From NCBI RefSeq assembly GCF_021869535.1, contig NW_026262604.1:19220001-19284000 (forward strand): a DNA stretch of 64,000 nucleotides. The letters run 5' to 3'. The DNA is from Mytilus californianus. Its lineage: Eukaryota. Position 1 is the first letter of the stretch. Each line of letters begins with the position of its first letter. The notes beneath the pieces are model-generated. The model was given only the letters and a program-made list of their open reading frames with translations. It was not told the DNA's origin and did no database searches. This document shows positions 1 through 9,341 of this stretch, in pieces. Made by a program: the position numbers and the translations under genes.

Positions 1-732
1 GATCTCACATAATTTAATTTGTATTCTTATTGAGCTCTATCAATTGAAACATGACGTAGAAATTGACCCACCGTGAACTTATTTTCAATATTTGATTGCA
101 GAAAAAGTAAACCTGAGTCAAAAGGGCTCGAAGTACGATGTCCCAGAACATGGTAGCTAAACTGAAGTCAGCGTTGTTGATTTTTATTACTTTTTAAAAA
201 TGAAATGAAATGAATCAAGATTGGTGCTTGTGTCAAATTACATCAACAATTGTAATTTTGTTTTTTACTTTTTTGTCGACTTTTCATACATATTATATAA
301 ACCTAAAAAGACTAATTCCATCTATCAGTAAACTACGGCTTCTATCTTTTTTATATTAATATTTCTTGAGTTATTGATGTCTAAAAAGCTTTTACCCCAG
401 ACTGACAGTAAAATACTAAATAAAATGAAATGACAATGTTTCAATATGTATCTTTAATGTGACCAAATCGTCTCTGCGTTACTTTTTCGTGAGATTCATA
501 TTAAAAACCTGATTTATACATTTTATTTTTCTGTGCAAATCGTATTGGAACTATAAATGGCATTTATTAGTACATGGACATAACTCTTGGGCATTTAGAC
601 AAACCAAATTATCTGATAACATTTTAATCCATGTAATATTGGTTTGTTATAAAAGTTAACTCTGTCAATCTGATACAGTTTCAAATACCACAGTGCTTTA
701 GGAGAACAAGCTCCGTTTTCAGCCTTGATAAA

Positions 733-1869
733 ATGCGTTCAGTCTTTTTCTTTGCAATTTTGGCAATTTGTACAGTTTCCAGTTTTGAAAATTTAGCTAA
801 TAAGCATGTTGATGTATCTTCAGGACAAGCAGCACCAAACACGTATGACGATGGTTTATATCCAGAGCGGACTACAACATCAAACTCTGAATACGTGGTA
901 TCTTCAGAACAAACAGCAGCATACACGTATGACGATGGTTTTTATCCAGAGCGGACTTCAGCATCCAACTCCGACCACGTGGTATCATCAGAACAAACAG
1001 CAGCATACACGTATGACGATGGTTTATATCCAGAGCGGACTACAACATCAAACACTGACAACGTGGTATCTTCAGAACAAACAGCAGCATACACGTATGA
1101 CGATGGTTTATATCCAGAGCGGACATCAACATCCAACTCTGACCACGTGGTATCTTCAGGACAAACAGCAGCAAACACGTATGAAGATGGTTTGTATCCA
1201 GAGCGGACCATAACATCCATCTCTAACCACGCGGTATCTTCAGGACAAACAGCAGCATACACGTATGACAATGGTTTATATCCAAAGCGCACCATAACAT
1301 CCAACTCTGACCACGTGGTATCTTCAGGACAAACAGTAGCATACACGTATGACGATGGTTTACATGCAGAGCGGACAACAACTTCCAACTTTAACAACAG
1401 GGTATTTTCAAAGGGTTTCCTATTCTACGGTTATGACCACCATGTATATCCAGTAAGTTCTACACGCTCTAAGTATGAACACGGCGGTGTTTATCTAAAG
1501 AGGACAACAACACACAAGTACGCCAATGGTGTTTATCAAGATAAGATGTCAACATCAAAGTATAGCAATGATTTAAATCCAGAACATGTAGTCACATCCA
1601 ATGTTTACCATAGTGTGTACCCAAAGGGAGCGACATTATTCAACAATGGCAATGATGTAAATGCGATGAGGACAAACAAATCCCAACAGGATAATGATGT
1701 GTATCCAGATGGTACTACAACATATATCTATGACTATGAGCCGACTGAAGTTATACATCTTCAGGGCCAAAGTAGTAAGTGTTTGAATACAAGTCTTGTG
1801 AAAATCGTCATCGAATCTGGTCTTATCGTATCCATTTTGTTTTTGTATGAAAATATTTTCATTCTATAA
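733..1869 (+). CDS. Signal-peptide-bearing Tyr/Thr/Ser/Asp-rich tandem-repeat ORF (378 aa as a single exon; probably exon 733-1774 of a spliced gene)
   Basis: ATG at 733, preceded by an acceptor-like ttttcag ending at 722. N-terminus MRSVFFFAILAICTVSS is signal-peptide-like. About 7 x 28-aa repeats (SSEQTAAYTYDDGLYPERTTTSNSDHVV). A consensus donor GTAAGT lies at 1775 (phase 1). Read-through gives a hydrophobic tail (LVKIVIESGLIVSILFLYENIFIL) and stop at 1869. Confidence 0.8.
   Translation: MRSVFFFAILAICTVSSFENLANKHVDVSSGQAAPNTYDDGLYPERTTTSNSEYVVSSEQTAAYTYDDGFYPERTSASNSDHVVSSEQTAAYTYDDGLYPERTTTSNTDNVVSSEQTAAYTYDDGLYPERTSTSNSDHVVSSGQTAANTYEDGLYPERTITSISNHAVSSGQTAAYTYDNGLYPKRTITSNSDHVVSSGQTVAYTYDDGLHAERTTTSNFNNRVFSKGFLFYGYDHHVYPVSSTRSKYEHGGVYLKRTTTHKYANGVYQDKMSTSKYSNDLNPEHVVTSNVYHSVYPKGATLFNNGNDVNAMRTNKSQQDNDVYPDGTTTYIYDYEPTEVIHLQGQSSKCLNTSLVKIVIESGLIVSILFLYENIFIL
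814..1400 (+). repeat. Coding tandem repeat, 84-bp unit, about 7 copies
   Basis: gtatcttcag/gtatcatcag recurs at 814, 898, 982, 1066, 1150, 1234 and 1318. Confidence 0.95.
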
Positions 1870-2770
1870 ATTGTTTTATTTACAATAAATTGATACTGTA
1901 GAAATACAATAATTTTCTTTTAAGTGAATTAAGTCTAACAAAAGTTAATTAAAGGAGAATTAAGTAAATGCATTGATAAGGCCAGTTGTGTACTTATTTC
2001 AGTCACTAATTGTGACCAAAAAAAATGAAAATAGACATGATAGGTAGTCTGTTATTGACAATTTCCTAAATTAAATTTTGCAGATTTGACGGGTGGGTTT
2101 TATTGTTTTGTCACTGAGAATATATTTCAATACTTATTATTTTTTTTACATAATTGTTCAACCATTCATTGTTTAATACATTTTCAATTGGTAAGATATG
2201 AGATTGGGCCGTCAATACTTTTTTCTTTAAAATATTTTACCATTTAAGTACAGTGGGTACATATGCTCAGTGAAATAAAAGAACTTAAATTCTACCATCT
2301 GATGATTTTTTTGTTAAAATTTCAAAAGAAATATTTGTTTTTAAACTGAAATTTTACCCTTATTACAATGTGATTTGTCTGTGCTAGAAAAAGGGGACAT
2401 TTTTTTTTTTAAAACCAAAATATTCTGTTTATATTCTGAAATCGGATCAGTTCTATATTCTTAACGTTACATTTATTACAGTTTGAATGTATTTGATGAC
2501 ATTTGGATAAATATTTATCAATTGATACAAGATTGACATAAGCGTTATTTTTAACACATGTTCAAACTACTTACATTTTTGTCCTTCCTGTCTTTAAATT
2601 CACGATCAGTGTACTAAAAAAAATAATACCAATTTACCTCAACTAATGCGCAAATGCTCCAGAAGAAAATGTTTATTGTCTGTCGTAAATGAGTTACTCC
2701 TTTGTTTTCAGAGATTCAAAGTTTCTTATTTTTATATAAAACTATACAGATATAACATTGATGTTTTTAG

Positions 2771-3229
2771 AGCGAACCACAAGAAACAAGTCAACTGCTC
2801 TTGGTGTAAATAATAAACGAACCAAAAGATTTATGTCTGGTTATGGCGTCTATCCAGTGCAAGCCACAACATCAATATTTGACGATAGTGTGTTACAAGA
2901 ATGGACCACAAGATACAATTATGACCATAGTGTATACCCCAAGGGGACCAGAACCTCCAAATACGGTTCTGCTGTATATCCAGAGAATACCAAAAGATAC
3001 AACTTTGACCATAGTATGTACCCCAAGGGGACCAGATCCTCCAAGTATGGTTATGGTGTATATCCAGAGCGGACCACAAGATACAACTATAACCATAGTG
3101 TATACCCCAAGGGGACCAGAATCTCTAAGTATGGGTATGATGTATATCCAGATGGGACCACAGAACATTTGTATGAAAATGATGTTACAACAGAGCCAGC
3201 TATAAGTGTAGACCCTCAGGAGAAAACAC
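2771..3229 (+). CDS. Second repeat exon (YPKGT/YPERT Tyr-rich 14/28-aa units), phase 1-1
   Basis: Acceptor tttttag at 2770 and donor GTGAGT at 3230. Open frame with motifs shared with the 733 ORF (VYPERTT, VYPKG, VYPDGTT). Phase matches the 1775 donor. Confidence 0.7.
2914..3160 (+). repeat. Coding tandem repeat, 84-bp unit x3 (two 42-bp subunits)
   Basis: The tacaa(t/c)t.t.accatagt.tgta.cccaaggggaccaga unit starts at 2914, 2998 and 3082. Confidence 0.9.
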
Positions 3230-3883
3230 GTGAGTATTTACAGAAAAGGTATCTCACTAAAGTACCTATCGTCAATATGTGTTATTAGTAAATATCCTAT
3301 TTTGCATGCCTATTTGTTGTTTATGTATAGCTCCTTACTGTCATTTATTAAAAAAAAAATAATAAAGATTGTTTAAACTAATCTTTATGCTTTGGAAATA
3401 TTTTGACATTGTGAAAAGAGAGAATAATAGCTAAGCTTTTATTTCGATCTTAAGTATTAAAGATTATTAGTGTTGTATTTGCAATTTTGCCAAAATTAAT
3501 GTTATTATAGTTATATATTTGATGTATTCCATTTGTAATAGCTGGTAGATCAATTATGATCAATTCACCGCAATATTTTTGTATTGTTTGGTCCTTTGTG
3601 AGTTGTTCAAAATAATTTATTAGCTATACCTGTGCACACCCCGCTTTTTGTTTTTCATGAAGTTGGTCTTGCTCAGTTTTAGTTTTCTATGTTGTGTTTT
3701 ATAGACTGTTGTTTGTATTTTGGATTATCTCTGTCAGTTTATCTTTGACTGAAGTGTTTGAATAACCCTTTGACTTTTTTCCTGCCTCTATTTTACAGTA
3801 AAGGTCATATTTTGACGTTTGTTAAACAAATGAATGGATATCAATTATATAACAAACTTTTTTTATGCAAACAACGAATTATA

Positions 3884-4380
3884 GTCATTTCGTACCCTAA
3901 CCATTTCGTACCTCCCATTTCGTACCCTTGCAAACCCCATTTCGTACCCTGACCATATCTTACCTTGACCATTTCGTACCTCATGGAATATATACATGTA
4001 TACCATTTCGTACCTCATGGAATATTTACATGTATACTATTTCCTCATGGAAGTTTATATGTATGCCAATTCGTACCTCATGTAAGATTTATATATATTT
4101 GTCATTCTGTATCTCATGGAAGATTTATATGTTTTTGATTTTTTGGTAAAAACTGTCTCATTGATGTGCGCCATTTTGTACCTTATGGAAGAGTTATATG
4201 TATACCATTTTGTACCTCATGGAAGATTTGTATGTATGACATTTCGTACCTCATGAAAGATTTGTATGTATGTATACCATTTTGTACCTCATGGAAGATT
4301 TGTATGTATGTATCCCATTTCGTACCTCATGGACGATTTGTATGTATGTATACCATTTTGTATACCAGTTTAGTATGACT
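3884..4380. repeat. Minisatellite array built on CCATTTCGTACC (about 38-bp units in its distal part)
   Basis: Repeated ccatt(t)cgtacctcatggaagatttgtatgtatgtata. The same core recurs inverted (gggtacgaaatgg) at about 5376-5442. Confidence 0.9.
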
Positions 4381-4721
4381 TTTTATTAAAATTTTATTGC
4401 AAACATAGGTCAAAAAGACATTAAAATTACACCTAAGGGATTCCCCTTTACACGAAAGAATAGTTTCTACCTGTCTTGGTTTTTATCCTTCTTTATATCT
4501 TCTCAGGGAAGATGACACTGTGAATTTAGATGATCGATAAATATAACGGGAAATGGTCCTCCGTTATTATTTCTTGTATTAGTTATCAATCTTCCGACCG
4601 AGGCAGACATGAATTACCCTCCGCGGGAGTCCCGATTGATCTCGAGCCGCGTTTCCAATACTTTTTAATATACAATTCCTTGGTTAGATATAAGGATACA
4701 AAATAAACGAACTTGTAATTT

Positions 4722-4905
4722 AGATTAGACCGTTGGTTTTCCTGTTTGAATTATTTTACTCTAGTCATGTTTATAGCTTGCTGTTCGGTGTGAGCCAATG
4801 CTCCGCGATGAAGGCCGCACTTTGACCTATAACTGTTAACTTTTTATACATGGTGACTTGGATGGAGAGTTTTCACATTGGCACTGATACCACATCTTCA
4901 ATATT
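4722..4905 (+). mobile_element. Interspersed repeat (3' end of a retroelement or SINE-like family)
   Basis: Near-identical to 25757-25940 (attagaccgttggttttc...gctgttcggtgtgagccaa...cattgg.act.ata.cacatctt). Partial copies at about 21690-21810, 26335-26445 and 37520-37640. Confidence 0.7.
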
Positions 4906-5865
4906 TTCATTGTAATTTTTAAATTCAAAAGGCCATAGCCAGTTCTTTGATTGGTCACATAAGGTGCAAATTCTAATGAAAACATTCTTGGGTGAATATC
5001 AGCTTGTGTCCCTTTTCACTGCATTTCCTGACAAAAACAACTGTTAATAACTATAAAAACAGTTGCAGATAATCCTTTCTTTGATGATTAATTAATCTCT
5101 TATTTTAAGAGTTGAAAAATTAATTAAGGATAAATCCTGCTAACAAACAACGTGTAATTAAAACTATTAAAGTTTCCAAGTGCTGCTTAATCAAACCAAT
5201 CATCGGTCTTTATAACATTTCTACGGCTGGATGCATTGTATTTATGTTATATTTACAAAAATTCAAATCATCTCAAAATGTTTTATATCTTAAAAAAATG
5301 TGAACTTTTACAAATAGATGATACGAAATAGTAAAGATGTATTTTGTAAAAAATGGTAGATGCATGTGGCCAATAGGGTACGAAATGGTTTTTATCGTGG
5401 GTACGAAATGGTAAATTTTAGGTACGAAATGGCAGAGGTACGTAGTCTAAAATCATGCGAAACATGTAAAAACATTAAAAAGGAATACAAAAATGTTGTA
5501 TGAAAAGAAAATACAAAACCAAGTAAAAACCCGTGAGAAAAAAAAATTGTTATTAAAAAGAAATGCAATTTAAGGTAGCACAATACAAAGATTTTATACA
5601 TGTACCTCCAACTCCCCATTTTTAAAATGCTGTAACTTTCTTTATAATGCTTGAAAATTTATAAAAGTGGTATTTATGGATAGCTAACAGATTATTCTTT
5701 CAAATTAATGCAATGTTAGTATTATACAACAATTATGTAATTAATTATAATTTTAACTGTGTCTACAAAATTTTACAAGAAATTTCCACTTTCAATTGAA
5801 ATTAGCTTCTTCATGGATACCCCGAGAGGGCTGATTTTATAATATGTTGTTCCTAGAGCCATTAT

Positions 5866-6023
5866 CTACAAAAGGGTGTCTCAGATTTTGGACAGAATGT
5901 ATAGATCAAATTTTACACCTAATCAATTAATCTCTACTTTTACTTGGTAAGGATGTTTACACTAATTACAGATTTATGAGAGAATGGAATACGATAGCGA
6001 TAATTTGAGACACCCTTTTGTAG
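5866..6023. repeat. Perfect 18-bp inverted repeat pair around a 122-bp spacer (possible small MITE)
   Basis: ctacaaaagggtgtctca (5866-5883) and tgagacacccttttgtag (6006-6023). Confidence 0.7.
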
Positions 6024-6297
6024 CTCCTGCTGTGTTGATTAACATAACGTTAAAATTTCTTGTGTAGTTATAGAGATGTCAGAGCTAAATTCATTCAAGT
6101 GAACTGACCAAGATTTTGCCATTAATTGCATAATAATTGATTACATAATGATTGCATAATAAAAATATTGCATTCATTTAAAAGATTAATCTTTTATCTA
6201 TCTATATATACCTCTTTTATTAATTTGTATGCAGTCATAAGAAAGTAACATCATTTTAAAGGTTGGAGATTGGAAGTAAAAAAATCTTTGTATTGTG

Positions 6298-6400
6298 CTA
6301 CCTTAAATGAGTTTTAAGCTGAGATTTAAAACAATCTAGAGACTTGCATTGACTCAAACTAGAGATTGTTCCAAAGAAATGCCGCTGACCAATCAAAATA
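6298..6400 (-). mobile_element. Possible L2/CR1-type LINE 3'-end remnant
   Basis: Minus-strand translation ends ...SLSQCKSLDCFKSQLKTHLR*, resembling the S-L-x-x-F-K-x-x-L-K-T-H-L C-terminus of L2/CR1 ORF2. Confidence 0.35.
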
Positions 6401-6919
6401 TCTTTCGCTGTACGTCTTCGTCTTGTAGTTGTGTAGAGCCTGAACGGAGAGATCGATGTGGCACGTGTGTCTTGACTAGTTCCCGATTGTACGCAGGACT
6501 GATGCCATTCAAAGTACAGTGCACATAAGTATGTTAAATTATGGTCAGTACTGAACGGGTTACCAATGCAAGTTGACAAGTATCGGTGTAATATGTTCAT
6601 ATTTCCTTGTCTTGTTGATTACCGAACTGTTGTATTTTGTACTTATCTTGTTGATATTCCTGTTATCAAGTCTGGATCTTACTATAGAGTGTAATAGTGT
6701 CTCACATATATGCAGCTGTTGTTATAAAGCTGCGAATGAGTCCACTATTACTGATGTGAAATGACAACATTTGACTTTGGCAGATACTTGCTGTTCCATT
6801 GTTTTATCATAATATACTCCTAGGAGTTTTACACAGGATACGCACAGTATTGCCGACTTTGATGTGGATATTTGTTACACTTGCGTTCAAATGTTTCGGT
6901 GTGAATATGATACGTTCGG

Positions 6920-7140
6920 TTTTATCTTGATTAAGTTTTAACGTATTTTTTGACATCCATGAACAAACATCGGAAAGACACAGTTCGAGTTTTGAAAAGT
7001 AATTCTCCAGGTGTCTGCCGGCTTTATGACCATGTATACTTGTGTATCTTCCATTTTATCTTGATTAAGTTTAACATATTTTTTGACATCCATGAACTAA
7101 TATCGGAAAGACGCAGTTCGAATTTTGAAAAGTTATTCTT
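6920..7140. repeat. Direct duplication of about 88 bp (period 134 bp)
   Basis: ttttatcttgattaagt...gacatccatgaac.aa.atcggaaagac.cagttcga.ttttgaaaagt.attct at 6920 and 7054. Confidence 0.85.
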
Positions 7141-7169
7141 AAGTTGATTATTTCAGCTTTCCAATTGTA

Positions 7170-7380
7170 AACAATCCATTTCTATGCAGCAACATTCTAG
7201 CAGCGCCTGCATATTGAGTAAATATCTCCCAGTCGATACGAAATTCCAGATGTCTTATCATGATTATTTGATGGAGAGTAGCTGCTCACATGGAAGCTAT
7301 TAAACTAAGAGTTGTAAGTAGTGAAGTTGAAATCATCTCTTCGAAAATTTTACGGACGGCACCACGGGTTGACCGTTATA
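7170..7380 (+). mobile_element. Penelope-like RT C-terminal fragment (decayed)
   Basis: Translates as PFLCSNI.AAPAY...SQ.IR and VKLKSSLRKFYGRH, matching the C-terminal part of the RT seen at 31850-32150. Confidence 0.6.
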
Positions 7381-7513
7381 AACATAAGAAAAATACAAAA
7401 ACAAGAAGCTAACTTGGACAAAAACAAAAGAACACCAACATTTCCAAAATAACCATTACTCTTTAAAATAGATATTATATACATTTTGTTTTTGTATTAC
7501 TTTCTTATTTTAG

Positions 7514-9210
7514 AACTTGGAAGACAGGTGCCATGTGAAATTATCAATATAACCGATACTGTGTCGCCTAATGCCAGGGGTAGAGTACACCATGTTGAAA
7601 AGTCCAGTCGTATGTTTTGGATATGGTTTGATGACTCAAATTATATTTCAGTTGCTCTCAGCAAAAATTGTACACACCTCATGCCAGAACCATTCAGATA
7701 TGTCAGTTCGAGGGACTTACAAGAATTGTTGGAAGACTGCCGAAACGGAACAGTTATCAAAAGGTTATTATGCAACCATTCCGTGACATACAATATCAGT
7801 TTAGTCAATGCCGTTATACCCTACTTTTCCGATGTGCGTATCTTCTTTGCTGATGGAATTAACAACTGCACAGAACTTTTCAACAAATTTATTGAATCAA
7901 AAAAAAGCATTTTATCAAATGCACACGTCAATGATTTTCTAACTAATAGTTCAAACTGCTGGAAATATGCTTTCTTTACTAACCAAATTATCATTGGCGT
8001 ACAATTGACCGAAATAAGAAATGGTAGCGGACGTATGATATCAGGATACATGTATATGAATATTAAATCACTTTTACAGAGACGCATTTGGTTCATATTG
8101 AAACACAAATCATGTAGGGAACTATTTTATCAATACGCTTATTGGAATGTGAAAATGTTTGATGATAGAGCTATTCTCAGTATTGATAATATAAATACTT
8201 TTTCTCATGAAAATAATTGTTTTGATGTTCGCTTTCCATGCCCTTTTCCGTTCTATGATATGTATGCAACTTTACCAGATTCTACAATATCATATGTAAA
8301 AATTGTAATTGCAGTTGAAATAACAATAGTAAATAGCGTTTTTCTATCTATATTTCTGCAAAAAGAGAACCGAACACCTGTTATCATTCTTCTGTCCGTT
8401 TTGGCTGTATCTGATACTACTACCGTGCTGTTAATGACTATTCCATTGTTTACTCTCCATGAAGTACATATGAACTTCAATGAAAGATTGGCTCATCGTT
8501 TTGTTGACTTTCCAGAATGTGTAATTTATACTTTTCTTGACGATTTACAACATTTATTCCATTTAACATCAGTCTTCATAACAGTACTTTTGTGTCTCCA
8601 GAAAACTGTAGCTCTGCTTTTGCCAATGTGGAGCAAACGATGTTTGAATAGCAGAGTCAGTATTATATTTTCTTTTTTTGTCTTTTTCATAAGTATTTGC
8701 ATGAGTTCACCAAAACTTGTGGAAAATCTTATCAGCATTAAGAATTTCAACGGCAGATGTTGTTCAACTTTTTCTACTGATACATTCAGTTACCATTTCA
8801 CTATAACTAACGCTTGTTACCTTGTATCTTGTTTGGTAGTGGCTATATGTACTGTTTATATAATATGCAAATTAACCTGCCTGAGAAGAAATCTCCCGTG
8901 GACCGATAGTCCTGTTGTTCAGAGAAGAAACCGTATCTCAACAATTACGGTTGTGACCATTTGTATCATATTTTTGCTATCTGAGTCGGCGCTTATTGTC
9001 GTATCTTTCACGACTATGCTTTATCTTTTTGACCCATCGTACTTGCAGATATTTTATGTTGCGAAATCTACATTGACAAAATATACGGACATTAGTCTTA
9101 TGTTTGGGTTCTCTCTGAACTTCATAGTTTACATTGTAATGAGTAAGCAGATACGTGATAAATTAGTTATTGGCGTTATAAGGATTGCAAGATGCTGTAA
9201 ATGTTGGTGA
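7514..9210 (+). CDS. Class A (rhodopsin-like) peptide-receptor-type GPCR exon with a long Cys- and N-glycosylation-rich ectodomain
   Basis: 574-aa open frame with seven hydrophobic segments: TM2 LLSVLAVSDT, TM3 end LCLQKTVALLLP (DRY position), TM7 SLNFIVYIVMSKQIR, C-terminal CCKCW*. No ATG or signal peptide. A polypyrimidine acceptor tttcttattttag at 7513 (phase 1) implies upstream exons. Confidence 0.88.
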
Positions 9211-9212
9211 AG

Positions 9213-9341
9213 NNNNNNNNNNNNNNNNNNNNNNNNNNNNNNNNNNNNNNNNNNNNNNNNNNNNNNNNNNNNNNNNNNNNNNNNNNNNNNNNNNNNNNNN
9301 NNNNNNNNNNNNNNNNNNNNNNNNNNNNNNNNNNNNNNNNN
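9213..9341. other. Assembly gap (N run)
   Basis: Run of N starting 2 bp after the GPCR stop codon; sequence resumes with GATC. Confidence 0.99.

Noticed and set aside
681-1397. Overlapping ORFs in other frames and on the antisense strand over the 84-bp repeat (e.g. GYKPSSYVY, superficially like mussel mfp-1 AKPSYPPTYK)
   Set aside because: A stop-free repeat unit leaves several frames open. Only the 733 frame has a signal peptide and extends beyond the array.
3884-4380. CRISPR-like appearance of the short repeats
   Set aside because: The intervening sequences are themselves repetitive, the context is eukaryotic and there are no cas genes; this is a minisatellite.
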